Origin: a virus
Lineage: Duplodnaviria; Caudoviricetes
Direction: 5' to 3' (one strand)
Length of the DNA: 64,000 bases
Virus record (IMG/VR): IMGVR_UViG_3300031088_000782
Location: 128,001 to 192,000 of that record
Positions 1 to 10,601 of the stretch are shown piece after piece. Within the stretch, counting starts at the first letter, position 1, and every line of letters begins with the position of its first letter. Below the pieces are notes generated by a model. The model was not told the DNA's origin and ran no database searches. It saw only the letters and a program-made list of their open reading frames with translations. A program made the position numbers and the translations under genes.

Positions 1-1
1 T

Positions 2-361
2 GTTGAGCATGGAGAATTTGTTTTTTTCAAGAAACCTAAATCCTGGAGCGATTATGTTGATAGAGACACTACTTTGGTTAAGAGGATAACTGCTGTTCCT
101 AACGACACTCTTTCTTTTGACGGGAAATCGTTCAAAGTTAATGGGGAAGATGTTTATGATCTTTCAAAAAACGAATACGAATGTGCAAAAGGTCAAAAAG
201 GCTATGAGCACACATTAAGCAATAAAGAAATTTTTGTTATGGGTGACAATCCTAATCATAGTTTGGATTCGAGAAGAATTTTCTGTGATGGAAATGTTAA
301 TGAAATGTTCATTCCCAAATATTCTATTGTTGATTATGGTCAAATTGTTGTTAAATTTTGA
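2..361 (+). CDS. lepB: Signal peptidase I (S26), 5'-truncated by window edge
   Basis: Frame open from base 2; catalytic-Lys motif LVKRI and box E FVMGDNPNHSLDSR. Confidence 0.85.
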   Translation, partial: VEHGEFVFFKKPKSWSDYVDRDTTLVKRITAVPNDTLSFDGKSFKVNGEDVYDLSKNEYECAKGQKGYEHTLSNKEIFVMGDNPNHSLDSRRIFCDGNVNEMFIPKYSIVDYGQIVVKF

Positions 362-370
362 GAAAGGTGA

Positions 371-1321
371 ATGTATATGAAGATTGCTTTAATTGTTGAT
401 AAATCTCAACCTTACCTTGATTTTCAAAGAGATCGTATTTTTACTCAATGGAATGTAGAAGATTTTGATCATGTGAAAAGTTTTTCTGAAGTTGGAGAAG
501 CAACTATTTTTGGAGAGCCTCCTGCTTCTGCTATTTTTCTCAATGATATCAACAGTGTAAAAAAAATTTATGAGGATTTGGCACAAGCAAAAAAGTCAAA
601 CATTTTAGAATCTCGTTTGTCTCAGGGGTTAATCATAACAACGACAGTAGCAAGAGTATCTACTAAAAAACTTGAATCTTTCATTAAGGATAATAATGGA
701 ATTGTCGTTTTTGCAAAAGAGAACTCAAAAGACAAAACTAATGTCACTGATAAATTATTGAATGAAACTTCTTTGAACAGAGAGGTAAAGAAGTTTCTTT
801 CAGAATATATTGGAGATGATTATGAAACTCTTGTGTCATTGTTGAGAAATATTTCGGTTCTTTCCCCAAAACAGCAGAATAAGCTTGAAGTTGAGGATAT
901 GTTTATTCGCCTTCCACAGTCTCCTGGCTCTGTTGCTCCTTGGGAAATTGAGAAACCTTTAATGTCAGGTGATGCGAATTCAACCATTGAGCTTTACAGA
1001 AGAATTTCTCAACATAGTCATTACTTGGTTGTTTTATCTATCTTGAAAAATAAGATTCAACTGTCATGGAGAATTGCTTCTTTGTTAAGTATTGATTCAA
1101 GAATGAATTTAGCTGATTCCGCTTCTGCTTTGGGTGTTGCTAACAATTATCCTTTTAAATTAGCAACAGAAAATGCGAAAAAACTAGGTTTAAATAAACT
1201 TGAATATTGTTTAAGTGTTATAGCTGACACAGAAGCAGATGTAAAAGGTGGGTCAAGTGCTGATGGAAATGTTATAATGGAAATAACGTTAATGAAGATT
1301 TTAAATAAACTTAGGGGTTAA
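371..1321 (+). CDS. holA: DNA polymerase III delta subunit-like clamp-loader protein
   Basis: 316 aa; C-terminal NNYPFKLA...IADTEADVKGG...MEITL resembles the HolA collar; dnaX and dnaE are in the window. Confidence 0.75.
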   Translation: MYMKIALIVDKSQPYLDFQRDRIFTQWNVEDFDHVKSFSEVGEATIFGEPPASAIFLNDINSVKKIYEDLAQAKKSNILESRLSQGLIITTTVARVSTKKLESFIKDNNGIVVFAKENSKDKTNVTDKLLNETSLNREVKKFLSEYIGDDYETLVSLLRNISVLSPKQQNKLEVEDMFIRLPQSPGSVAPWEIEKPLMSGDANSTIELYRRISQHSHYLVVLSILKNKIQLSWRIASLLSIDSRMNLADSASALGVANNYPFKLATENAKKLGLNKLEYCLSVIADTEADVKGGSSADGNVIMEITLMKILNKLRG

Positions 1322-1323
1322 TT

Positions 1324-2898
1324 TTGAGAGCAAAGCATGATTATGAAGCAGAGAGTGCCGTTCGTAGGCAAACAAATTTAGATAGAATTGACACAGATCC
1401 TTTTATCGGTTATTCTACAGGGCTTGAAGCTGTTGAAGACTGTCAAATTTCCAGTCAGGTTGAGGTTTTAGCTCGGCTTCTTAATCGTGAAAATCTTTTT
1501 ATTTCTGGTCCCGCTGGCTCCGGAAAGACAACTATTATCAAAAGATTTATTGATCTTATTGATGGGCAATTTGAGGGAAGATTCAATGTTGAGGTTACTG
1601 CTTCAACTGGCCTTGCAGCGACTCTCATCAATGGACGAACAATTCATTCATGGTCTGGGCTAGGTGTTTACGACAAAGTTTATCAGCCAAAAAATAAAGA
1701 CGTTAATCTTTATACCGCTTGGGATAGAATCAAATATACTGACGTTTTGATTATTGATGAAATTTCTATGCTTCATGCTTATTATTTGGACAATATTGAT
1801 GCAGTATGCAAACAGGTCAGAAGAAACAAAAAGCCTTTTGGAGGAATTCAAGTGGTATTTCTTGGTGACTTCCTGCAACTTCCTCCGGTTGCACCGCGTG
1901 ATAAGAATGATGACATGAATTATGATTATGCGATTACTTCTGATGCATGGAAAAACGCTAACATCAAATATTGCTATATGGACAAAACACATAGAGCCTC
2001 CGACAAATATTTGCAATATATTCTTAAAAGTATTTCTGCAAATAAAGTGAATGATACTACTTTAAAAATCATCAATGCTTGCAGAAATAACAAAAAAGAT
2101 CCACAAGCAACTTATACTACTCTTTTTACAAAGAACAGAAATGTTGATCTTTACAATGATCAGCAACTAGCGAAGAATCCCAATCCTTTGAAAACTTTCA
2201 ATTTGGTAAAGTTTTCAGGAAGTGAAAAAAATATTGAAAAATTAGTAAAAAGCAGAAATGTTCCAGAAAAAATCAATCTTAAAATTGGAGCTACTGTTAT
2301 TGTGACAGCAAATTACTTTGATGAAAATTTGGGAAGAAACACAGCCGCTAACGGAACTGTGGGAAAGGTTGTTTCAATAGATAGGTATGGGATAGAGGTT
2401 CGTTTGAATGATGGCGAAATTATTCCAATTCAGCCAATGAACTACCTCTCTTCTAAAAAGGAAGTAGTAGAGAGCAAAATCACAGGTAAAATCACTGAAA
2501 TTGAAAAAGTTGAAGCAAGCGTCTCTCAACTTCCTGTAAAATTGGGTTATGCTATTACAGTACATAAATCTCAGGGGCAAACATTAGATGCTGTTGAAGT
2601 TGATTTATCAGAATGCTTTATTCCAGGATTGGGATATGTGGCACTGTCAAGAGTGCGAGATGCGAAAAATCTTATCATCAAAGACTTCAATGACAAAGCT
2701 CTGGAAGTTGATAAAAGATCGCTGAAGATTTCCACACTTGTTAAAAAGAAAGCTTTGGAAAATAGAAAAGAATTTATTGAAAAAATTGATGATTATTTAG
2801 GCTTAGTAGAAAACCCTTTATTACGCAATCTGACTTGGGATGATTCAAAAGCAGGCAACGTTCGTAAGGTAGAAAACAAGAAGAATAAGAAAAAATAG
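1324..2898 (+). CDS. Pif1/RecD-like SF1B DNA helicase
   Basis: Walker A GPAGSGKT, TIHSWSG, IIDEISM, FLGDFLQLPPV, YAITVHKSQGQTL, YVALSR. Confidence 0.92.
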   Translation: MRAKHDYEAESAVRRQTNLDRIDTDPFIGYSTGLEAVEDCQISSQVEVLARLLNRENLFISGPAGSGKTTIIKRFIDLIDGQFEGRFNVEVTASTGLAATLINGRTIHSWSGLGVYDKVYQPKNKDVNLYTAWDRIKYTDVLIIDEISMLHAYYLDNIDAVCKQVRRNKKPFGGIQVVFLGDFLQLPPVAPRDKNDDMNYDYAITSDAWKNANIKYCYMDKTHRASDKYLQYILKSISANKVNDTTLKIINACRNNKKDPQATYTTLFTKNRNVDLYNDQQLAKNPNPLKTFNLVKFSGSEKNIEKLVKSRNVPEKINLKIGATVIVTANYFDENLGRNTAANGTVGKVVSIDRYGIEVRLNDGEIIPIQPMNYLSSKKEVVESKITGKITEIEKVEASVSQLPVKLGYAITVHKSQGQTLDAVEVDLSECFIPGLGYVALSRVRDAKNLIIKDFNDKALEVDKRSLKISTLVKKKALENRKEFIEKIDDYLGLVENPLLRNLTWDDSKAGNVRKVENKKNKKK

Positions 2899-2989
2899 GA
2901 TTATTAAATAATATTTTCATATATTTTTGTTAGAATATTCAATGAACTATTTTTAAAAGTGAAGATTATGAGATTTAGGTAGTATAACT

Positions 2990-4273
2990 ATGAGCAAAGA
3001 AAACAAAGATTTACCAGAAAACGAAGATAAACATACATCAAATGATAGCATTAATAATGGCGCATCTGATGATCAAATGTTTGCAGATTTGATTTCTGAT
3101 GATGATAATAATGAATATACTCGTGATAAAGAATATGAAGAAGCACTTCCTGATCTTGATGAAAATCATTTTGCATCTGATAAAACATCAGAGACTTCAG
3201 TTATTGATTCAAATGAAACAGAAAGCGAAAACAAATCTCCAGTAATTCATTCTGAAGATGATAAAATTCAAAACACAAATATGAAAAATACTGTTGATGA
3301 TTCTGCTGTTCCTAAGAGCCGTGCAGAGATTAAGCGAGCAGAAAAGAAGAAGAAGAAAAAGAAAAAAATTATCGCAAGCTCTATTGCTGGAGCTGTTATT
3401 ATTGCAGGACTTGGCGGATTTTTCGGATTTCAAAAATATATGGACACACAGTCAACCACTGTTCCCCAAGCAGCAAAAACCATTAGTTATGATGAAGACA
3501 CCAAAAAAGTTTGTAAAGAATTTGTTTCTTCTGATCTAAAATGCGAAGTCAAGTGGGAAATCAATGACAATGTTGATCGCGGAGGGCTGTTGAGTCAATC
3601 CGTGGCAAGTGATGAAAAAGTCGACAATGGAACAAATGTTGTTCTCACATATTCCAATGGGCCTTCAACTTCTGAATTCCCTAACCTTAATGGTGTAAAT
3701 ATTGAGGAAGCCAAAAAATCTCTTTATAACATGAATATTGAAGTTTCCGAAGTTAAAGAAGTTGATGGAAATGGACTTGATAAAAACGAAATAGTCTCAA
3801 CAAGTATAGAACCTGGGACTAAGGTTAATAATGGTGATGCTGTCACCATTAATGTATCTAACGGAAATGTAAAACTTCCTGATTGGAGCGGCAAAACTAA
3901 GGAATATGTAGAAGCTGATGCTAAAAAATTGGGAATCAAGGTTAAATTCACAGAAGAAGAATCAGATAAAGCTTCAGGAATTGTCATTAGTCAAACCCCT
4001 AAAGCTGGTGAAACAACTACATCAACAGAAATAAATGTAGTTCTTTCGAAATCTTTTGAAGCCAAAGAAATTGAAATTCCTGATGTGATTGGGAAAACAG
4101 CAGAAGAAGCTCAAACAGAATTAGCTACAGCCGGATTCCGTCAAATTAAAACTGTCAAAGTAAAGAATGCGGAAGTTACTGAAACACAAGTTACACAAGT
4201 TGTCCCTGGCGTTGGACAAAAAGGAAACAGTGAAGAAAATATTGTCATTATTGTTTCTGAACCTATCAAGTAA
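2990..4273 (+). CDS. Membrane-anchored multi-PASTA-domain protein without kinase domain
   Basis: Acidic N-terminus, poly-K plus TM helix, then about 4 PASTA-like repeats (PNLNGVNIEEA, PDWSGKT, PDVIGKTAEEA). Confidence 0.85.
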   Translation: MSKENKDLPENEDKHTSNDSINNGASDDQMFADLISDDDNNEYTRDKEYEEALPDLDENHFASDKTSETSVIDSNETESENKSPVIHSEDDKIQNTNMKNTVDDSAVPKSRAEIKRAEKKKKKKKKIIASSIAGAVIIAGLGGFFGFQKYMDTQSTTVPQAAKTISYDEDTKKVCKEFVSSDLKCEVKWEINDNVDRGGLLSQSVASDEKVDNGTNVVLTYSNGPSTSEFPNLNGVNIEEAKKSLYNMNIEVSEVKEVDGNGLDKNEIVSTSIEPGTKVNNGDAVTINVSNGNVKLPDWSGKTKEYVEADAKKLGIKVKFTEEESDKASGIVISQTPKAGETTTSTEINVVLSKSFEAKEIEIPDVIGKTAEEAQTELATAGFRQIKTVKVKNAEVTETQVTQVVPGVGQKGNSEENIVIIVSEPIK

Positions 4274-4278
4274 AGCAT

Positions 4279-4340
4279 TTTCGGACGAAACTCACAATTG
4301 ACATAATTCTGATATTATTTAATTGTGAGTTTCGTCCGAC
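4279..4340. repeat. 19-bp perfect inverted repeat
   Basis: TCGGACGAAACTCACAATT - 21-nt spacer - AATTGTGAGTTTCGTCCGA. Confidence 0.85.
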
Positions 4341-4663
4341 AGGAATAAATTCATTAATTTTTTGATTCGTTAAACAATCAAAGGAAGTAAGGCATTGTTC
4401 TGAAAGTTTCGATATTGTCTGCTTCTGAATCAATAAAGGGTGATATGTCAATAACTTAAAATGGTGCAATAATATGGAGACAAAAGCGTTTGCCAAAATT
4501 TCTATATGATTGTACTATTTTTTTGACAATTACTACCCAATAAAGAAGAAGAGCAAACGAATCTGCTCTTTCATCTAGTTACTCAAAGCTAGGTGCCAAA
4601 CCGAAAATAGAGGAAGTGAGATATACCGACTGAGAACGGGAATCTCCCTAGTGGAAGAACAAT

Positions 4664-5806
4664 ATGAAAAATAAATTAAACTATATATTATCAGGATTTA
4701 CGTTAGCAATATGTGTTACCAGCATTACAGCTACAAGCGCAGTTGCTGCTCCAAATGAAATTCTAGACAAAGCTCCTGAAACAACAATAAACAATGATGA
4801 TAAAACGAACAATGAGTATAATTCAAAGATTATTCTCAATGATTCAGAGGGAACAGAAGTCATCAACATCAATACAGCTGACACCACACTTTCAGAAGCA
4901 CTTGCAGATAACGGCGATAAAATAACTGACTACAAAGATTCTAACTCTGAACCTGTGGACGAAAGCCAATCTCTTAAAAACGGAGAGGATATTTCTCTAT
5001 TCAAATCTGAAACATCTGGCGATTCTGATGTTATTAAACTCAAAGCTCCCACAATAAAAAAGAAAACTGATGATCTTTATGTTGGCGAAAAAGAAGTTAA
5101 AGAAAAAGGTAAAGATGGAGAAGCTCTGAAAACAACTCTTGTCACAAAAGATTTGGCATCTGATAAGAAAATAAACGATGAAGCTTCGGGTGATGACAAT
5201 GGGAAAACAGTTGAAGAAAAATTGACTGTCCTAAAAGCACCAAAAGCGAAAATCGTTCTTGTCGGAACAAAAGAACGACCAACACCTACTGCATCAGAAG
5301 AAGAGACTAATACTGATCCTGTATATGACGAGAATTCTTCCAATGCAAATTCTGCTTCAACAGAAAATAACTCAAACAACAGTTCATCCGCAAGCTCTGA
5401 ATCAACTTATGAAAATTCAAGCTCATCTAGCGCATCCAAAACCTCTTCAAAAGGATCTGAAAGCAACCGAAGTGATGTTGTTAGCTTAGTAAGAGCACAA
5501 TTAGGCAAACCTTATGTTTGGGGAGCTACTGGTCCTAACTCGTTTGATTGTTCAGGATTGGTTTATTATATTTACCACACTAAGAAAGGTATGAATATCC
5601 CACGAACATCAACTGCTCAAGGTATGGCATCTACTCCTGTTAGCTGGAGTGATATCCAGCCTGGAGATATTGTGTGGAGAACAGGCCATATTGGAATCTA
5701 TGTTGGCGGCGGAAAAGTAATTCACGCTCCAAGAGCAGGAAAGCCTGTTACTGAATTAAGCGTTGATTATTTTAAGAATAGCGGATTCAAACCAGGCAGA
5801 TTTTGA
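4664..5806 (+). CDS. Secreted G5-domain NlpC/P60 peptidoglycan endopeptidase
   Basis: Signal peptide, G5-like segment (KEKGKDG...VLVGTK), Ser-rich linker, GKPYVWGATGPNSFDCSGLV...GHIGIY. Confidence 0.92.
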   Translation: MKNKLNYILSGFTLAICVTSITATSAVAAPNEILDKAPETTINNDDKTNNEYNSKIILNDSEGTEVININTADTTLSEALADNGDKITDYKDSNSEPVDESQSLKNGEDISLFKSETSGDSDVIKLKAPTIKKKTDDLYVGEKEVKEKGKDGEALKTTLVTKDLASDKKINDEASGDDNGKTVEEKLTVLKAPKAKIVLVGTKERPTPTASEEETNTDPVYDENSSNANSASTENNSNNSSSASSESTYENSSSSSASKTSSKGSESNRSDVVSLVRAQLGKPYVWGATGPNSFDCSGLVYYIYHTKKGMNIPRTSTAQGMASTPVSWSDIQPGDIVWRTGHIGIYVGGGKVIHAPRAGKPVTELSVDYFKNSGFKPGRF

Positions 5807-5834
5807 TAAAAATTAATATTTATGCAATCTAGTA

Positions 5835-5875
5835 AAAGATACCTTCATTTTTGACAAAGAGTGAAGGTATCTTTT
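5835..5875 (+). terminator. Intrinsic terminator
   Basis: AAAGATACCTTCA/TGAAGGTATCTTTT hairpin plus T-run after the NlpC/P60 gene. Confidence 0.75.
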
Positions 5876-6044
5876 CTTCTGTATATAGGGTGATTTCTTT
5901 AAAAAGCACCCTATAAGCCCTTAACGAAACTTTTTGAATAAACTCTATGTTCCATATGTTAAAACGTCTTATAATCCAAATTTGACAAATCCCTTTCGCT
6001 ATAATATGATTAAACTATCAAATGAATTTACGAAAGGTTAAATA

Positions 6045-6620
6045 ATGTCTATTCGTCCATATCCGGTTGCTCTGGAAAATGAGAATTCCGCTAATGCTAA
6101 TGTTGCTGACATGTATAAGTCATGGACTCTCAATGAAATTCGCGCTGATCTCGACAAAAAGCGCACACCCCTTGTTTCTGTTTTTATGAATCTTACGCAT
6201 GAATTCAACAAAGCTTCTGGAATCAGGGCAAGCAATGCTTATCTTGGCGATCATGTCTATCTTGTTGGGCGAAGAAAGTACAATCGAAAGGGAACTGTTG
6301 GAACGCATCAGTATGAGCATGTTTCAAGTGCTGACACTCTTTCTGAAGTTGTTGAACTCCTTCATGAAAAGGGATACACTGTTTTTGCTGTAGATAACAT
6401 TGATTCGTATAATCCTAAAAACATTTGGGACGTAGACCTTCCGGAGAAGAGTGCTTTTGTCTATGGTGAGGAGATGAGAGGACTTCAGCCGGAAGAGATC
6501 GAGTTGTGCGATGATATGATTTTTTGTCAGATGTATGGAAGCGTGCGTTCTCTTAACGTAGCTCAGTGTAGTGCGGTTGTGATGAACGAATACTCAAAGC
6601 AGAATCGTCATCTTAGATAA
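6045..6620 (+). CDS. SpoU/TrmH-family (SPOUT) RNA 2'-O-methyltransferase
   Basis: SPOUT motifs YGEEMRGL and GSVRSLNVAQCSAVVMNE. Confidence 0.88.
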   Translation: MSIRPYPVALENENSANANVADMYKSWTLNEIRADLDKKRTPLVSVFMNLTHEFNKASGIRASNAYLGDHVYLVGRRKYNRKGTVGTHQYEHVSSADTLSEVVELLHEKGYTVFAVDNIDSYNPKNIWDVDLPEKSAFVYGEEMRGLQPEEIELCDDMIFCQMYGSVRSLNVAQCSAVVMNEYSKQNRHLR

Positions 6621-6647
6621 CAGAAAATCGTTTTGAGATAAATTATA

Positions 6648-6700
6648 TAAAAGCATGACAGGATTTTGAAACAATTAAATCCTGTCATGCTTTTTATTAT
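6648..6700 (+). terminator. Intrinsic terminator
   Basis: AAAAGCATGACAGGATTT/AAATCCTGTCATGCTTTTT. Confidence 0.8.
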
Positions 6701-6832
6701 TTTTTTCGCAAATTTCACCAATACACAATAATATTATGAAAAGCTGTGATAAAACAAAAGTTATTTTCAATTAATAATTAGGTAAAATACTAAGAATGAA
6801 TGAATATGATGAAAATATTGTAGGGAGAATGA

Positions 6833-8074
6833 ATGTTTAAACTAGCTCAATTAAGTGATCTACATGCTGGATATTCAGCTACAAGGTTACTTACAGCTCA
6901 AGGTCTTAACGTAAGAGAAGCTGATGGATATCTCGCTTTTTCTAAAATGGTAACGGAAATTATTGAGAATGAAGTAGATGCTGCTTTAGTATGTGGCGAC
7001 ACTTTTCATACCCCAAACCCTGATATTCGTACAATAGTTTTTGTTCAAAATCAATTTCGAAGATTATACGAAGCTGGAATTAAAGTCTATATTTTAGCCG
7101 GAAATCATGATGCTAATGACATTAAAGCAGACATTGCAGCATCAAGAGTACTTCATGACCCTTGGAAAAAAATCTATTCTCATGTTGAACCCTATGTTCA
7201 CTATGAAATAGCAGATGGAATAAATCTTCATCTTATTTCTCACCATATGTTCGAAGACCAATCATCAACAATGTCTAATGTTAAGCCGATAGATAATGAA
7301 ATTAATATTCTTGCCACTCACGGTAGTGTTTTTGATAAATATTTTCACGAAGTTCTTCATGCTGAAAAGTCTCCCCGCGAAATTGTTATCCCTGAACATT
7401 TGTTAGATGACTACAACTGGAGCTATTCTCTATTCGGACACATTCACGAAAGAGGATGGGTAGGTTCAGCAGACAAAAAAACAGACACAGCCGGATCTAA
7501 AATATACTACAATGGAAGCGCAATTCGTCGTGGATTTAGCGATGCAGATGTTCCTTTGGGTAGAGGATGGACACTATGGACGATAGATGATTTCGGAAAT
7601 TTTGAAGCTACTCCCAAAACTGTCATTCAAAGACCTCAATATGATTTTAAACAAATTGATGCAACCGGATTATCATCATCCGAAATAACAGACATGGTTA
7701 TCGAAAATCTTAAAGAAACACAAGTAAGTGGATTGGATCTCGAAGTATCAAATGCACCTATTCTCCGACAAAAGATTATAAATATCACTCCCGCAAAACA
7801 TTCTGCTTTGGATTTGAAAACTATTAGCCATAACGCTTCTCATGCTTTGTCATGGACTTTGGCGACAAAAACTGTTGCAGAAATACAGGCTGAGCAAGAA
7901 AGGCTCGATAAGAAAACAAACAGCGATAATTCAGATGTTGTCAAAGGCTACGATGAATGGATTGAAAACTCAAAATCTGTGCAAGGAGTTGAAGAACCCA
8001 TTAAAGATAAAGTTGTTCAAAACGCAAGAGACTATGTAAAACTTGGACAAGAGGAGGTACTTGATGCTGAATGA
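6833..8074 (+). CDS. SbcD/Mre11-family metallophosphoesterase nuclease
   Basis: SDLHAG, CGDTFH, AGNHD, THG, FGHIHE, YNGS motifs; no SbcC partner in the window. Confidence 0.88.
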   Translation: MFKLAQLSDLHAGYSATRLLTAQGLNVREADGYLAFSKMVTEIIENEVDAALVCGDTFHTPNPDIRTIVFVQNQFRRLYEAGIKVYILAGNHDANDIKADIAASRVLHDPWKKIYSHVEPYVHYEIADGINLHLISHHMFEDQSSTMSNVKPIDNEINILATHGSVFDKYFHEVLHAEKSPREIVIPEHLLDDYNWSYSLFGHIHERGWVGSADKKTDTAGSKIYYNGSAIRRGFSDADVPLGRGWTLWTIDDFGNFEATPKTVIQRPQYDFKQIDATGLSSSEITDMVIENLKETQVSGLDLEVSNAPILRQKIINITPAKHSALDLKTISHNASHALSWTLATKTVAEIQAEQERLDKKTNSDNSDVVKGYDEWIENSKSVQGVEEPIKDKVVQNARDYVKLGQEEVLDAE

Positions 8075-9020
8075 AGATGAGAACAAAGAGAAACCAGTAA
8101 ATGAAGAAGTAATGAAAGATTCCGCTGAAAAATCAACTGACAATAATGATGTTGTTGAAGATTCAGATAAAGATAATAATGAAACCATCAAAATAGATAG
8201 TGATGATGAAAAATCTTTCTGGACAAAGAAAAAGATTATTGCCATACTTGTTGTCATGTTGATTTTAGTTCCAGGTGTAGCAATTGGAAGCAGTTACCTC
8301 CTCTCACGATATCAATCAAATCAAACAGCTGAAACAGGACTGAAAAGCATTTCTTCTCAAAAAGGTGATATTAGAGTATCGAACACAAAACTTTCTACCT
8401 TCAAAGGGCAAAAAATATCTTCAGCAAACATTGATCAAAAATCTTTGACCAATGCATCAGGTATGGGTTCAGACTCTGCTGTTTTTGTCTTTTCGAACGG
8501 GAAAGAGAATAAAGATAAAAAGATTGTCGATGTATATTTAGATTTCAGTTCTCAAAAATCACGAGATTTCATATTACTTAATCAATCCTCACTCAAAAGG
8601 ATGGTCGAAAACAATCTAATAGAGTTAAGATTACATCCTGTACCTTCTGCTTCATCTTTTTCGATTTATGCAGCTGAAGCTATTTCTGAATCTATAGTAA
8701 CATCCCCTGACAAAACATGGGATTTTGTTATTGCGTTAATGAAGACTTCAGCAACGTTGAATACTGACAAAAATGATGATGTGATTAAAGCTGTTTTAGA
8801 TACAGTTAAAGAAGAGCGAATAGATGACGTTGATGCTGAATCAATCAAAAACGGAACATTCGCAAGCTGGATATTGGCTGTTGGTGATGATAACAAATTA
8901 AAAACAGGTTATTATCCTCCAATCATTTATTTGAATGACAAAGCCGTAGACCCTGATGATGTATTCTTGAATGACTCATCCGCTTTTCAGAAATATGTTT
9001 TAAATGAGGAGAAAAATTGA
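8064..9020 (+). CDS. Membrane-anchored DsbA/thioredoxin-fold protein lacking CXXC
   Basis: RBS GAGGAGG before ATG 8064; TM helix; VDVYLDFSSQKSRDF where actinobacterial DsbA-like proteins have DF-CP-C; PPIIYLN cis-Pro-like region. Confidence 0.6.
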   Translation: MLNEDENKEKPVNEEVMKDSAEKSTDNNDVVEDSDKDNNETIKIDSDDEKSFWTKKKIIAILVVMLILVPGVAIGSSYLLSRYQSNQTAETGLKSISSQKGDIRVSNTKLSTFKGQKISSANIDQKSLTNASGMGSDSAVFVFSNGKENKDKKIVDVYLDFSSQKSRDFILLNQSSLKRMVENNLIELRLHPVPSASSFSIYAAEAISESIVTSPDKTWDFVIALMKTSATLNTDKNDDVIKAVLDTVKEERIDDVDAESIKNGTFASWILAVGDDNKLKTGYYPPIIYLNDKAVDPDDVFLNDSSAFQKYVLNEEKN

Positions 9021-9925
9021 AAAAGGAATGGACAAAGAGAATAGTGTTGTTTGCTGCTTCACTGGCAATCGTTTCGTCATCAACAGTAGCACATGCTGAA
9101 ACAATCAATGAAACAGAAAAATCAACACAAAGCTCGGCAGTAAAAAATGAGAGTGCGACCAAATTAAAAACAGAACTAGTGAAATTCGATACCAGAATAA
9201 TCAAAGATAAAAATCTTCCAAAAGGTATTGAAGTAGTTGTTCAAAAAGGGACGAATGGAGAAAGAACATTCTATAAAACTTTTGACACAACAAAAGATGC
9301 AAATGGTCACATATCAGAATTTCCCGTATTCTATGATGAAATAACTACTCTCCCCACAGAAAAAGTTGTCAGACAAGGAACTAATAAAGAAATTATTGAA
9401 GGAATTTCTGACAAAACTAAAAAATTAGAAAAGAAGAAATCCGACGAAAAGAAAGCTGCAGCAAAGAGAAAAGCTGAAGAAAAAGCTCAGCAAGAGCAGG
9501 AAAGTTCAGATTCTCAATCTTCTTCAGATTCAGGAGAAAGTAATACGGTATCTCCTTTTAAAACAGAAACACAACCTGCGAAAAAACCGAATAGAAAAGT
9601 TGATGATAGTGCACCAGCAGGGCATGTGACAACACCTTCTGAAAACAGAGCATATGTTCAGTCTGTTCTTTCTCCATCTGAATTTTCTTGTGCTGACAAG
9701 CTTATTATGAGAGAATCAGGGTATCTCACAACAGCCGATAACCCTAATTCAAGCGCATATGGTGTCCCCCAAGCATTACCAGGCAGCAAAATGGCTTCTG
9801 CAGGTTCTGACTGGCGAACAAACGGAAAAACTCAGTTTAAATGGATGCAAGGTTATGTAAAAGAGCGTTATGGAAATAGCTTTTGTATAGCTCTAAACCA
9901 TAGCTATAATGTTGGATGGTACTGA
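9017..9925 (+). CDS. Secreted G5-domain lytic transglycosylase (SLT/Rpf-like fold)
   Basis: Signal peptide, G5 (VVQKGTNG...VVRQGT), MRESG catalytic Glu, SSAYGVPQALPGSKMASAGSDW. Confidence 0.88.
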   Translation: MKKEWTKRIVLFAASLAIVSSSTVAHAETINETEKSTQSSAVKNESATKLKTELVKFDTRIIKDKNLPKGIEVVVQKGTNGERTFYKTFDTTKDANGHISEFPVFYDEITTLPTEKVVRQGTNKEIIEGISDKTKKLEKKKSDEKKAAAKRKAEEKAQQEQESSDSQSSSDSGESNTVSPFKTETQPAKKPNRKVDDSAPAGHVTTPSENRAYVQSVLSPSEFSCADKLIMRESGYLTTADNPNSSAYGVPQALPGSKMASAGSDWRTNGKTQFKWMQGYVKERYGNSFCIALNHSYNVGWY

Positions 9926-10031
9926 TTTATATTTAACAATCGTTTCTGAATATTTTAGATATGATTGATATAATGAACAAGTGCAAATAAAATCAGCAAA
10001 GAACTAACTATCTAATTCACCGGAGGAAAAT

Positions 10032-10388
10032 ATGGAATTCAATATTTACGACATTTCAGATTTAAACGAAGATGAGCTTTATGAGCTGATAGAATCATCT
10101 GAGACAGGCGAGTTGAACGAACTTGAAATGGGTTTGTCCTCCGGTGAATTACGACAGGCTATTTTAGATAGGGTTCGTGAGGATCTAAGGCAAGATGAAT
10201 TGCATTACATTAACAAAACTCTTCAGCAATTCGATTTGAACATCAACAACGAACTTCTAGAAATGGAAGACGGGAAGAAAACCATACTTGATGATGTTGA
10301 TTATCTTATTTATGAACTTTCTGACGAAGAAATAGATTCAACAATTTGGGAATTTTCATCAGAAGTTATTTACATAGGAGAAATATGA
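10032..10388 (+). CDS. Acidic hypothetical protein
   Basis: 118-aa ORF with GGAGG RBS. Confidence 0.7.
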   Translation: MEFNIYDISDLNEDELYELIESSETGELNELEMGLSSGELRQAILDRVREDLRQDELHYINKTLQQFDLNINNELLEMEDGKKTILDDVDYLIYELSDEEIDSTIWEFSSEVIYIGEI

Positions 10389-10522
10389 TAACTATCAACA
10401 AAAAAAGCATTTTATCAATTATTGCTCTATCTCTTATTATTGCTGGTCTGGTTGTCGGAGCCTTAATTGGCGATAATCCAGAAACAACTATCCTGGCACC
10501 ATCATTTCTCCATATTAGATAA
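10385..10522 (+). CDS. Small membrane protein (45 aa)
   Basis: ATGA overlap with the upstream stop, GGAG RBS, hydrophobic stretch SILSIIALSLIIAGLVVGALIG. Confidence 0.6.
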   Translation: MITINKKSILSIIALSLIIAGLVVGALIGDNPETTILAPSFLHIR

Positions 10523-10601
10523 AATTCAACAAACTTGACTTTTTTCAATCTCCGTTATACAATATTTTTATTAAGTTTAAATATTGTAGATAGGAAAAAT
10601 C

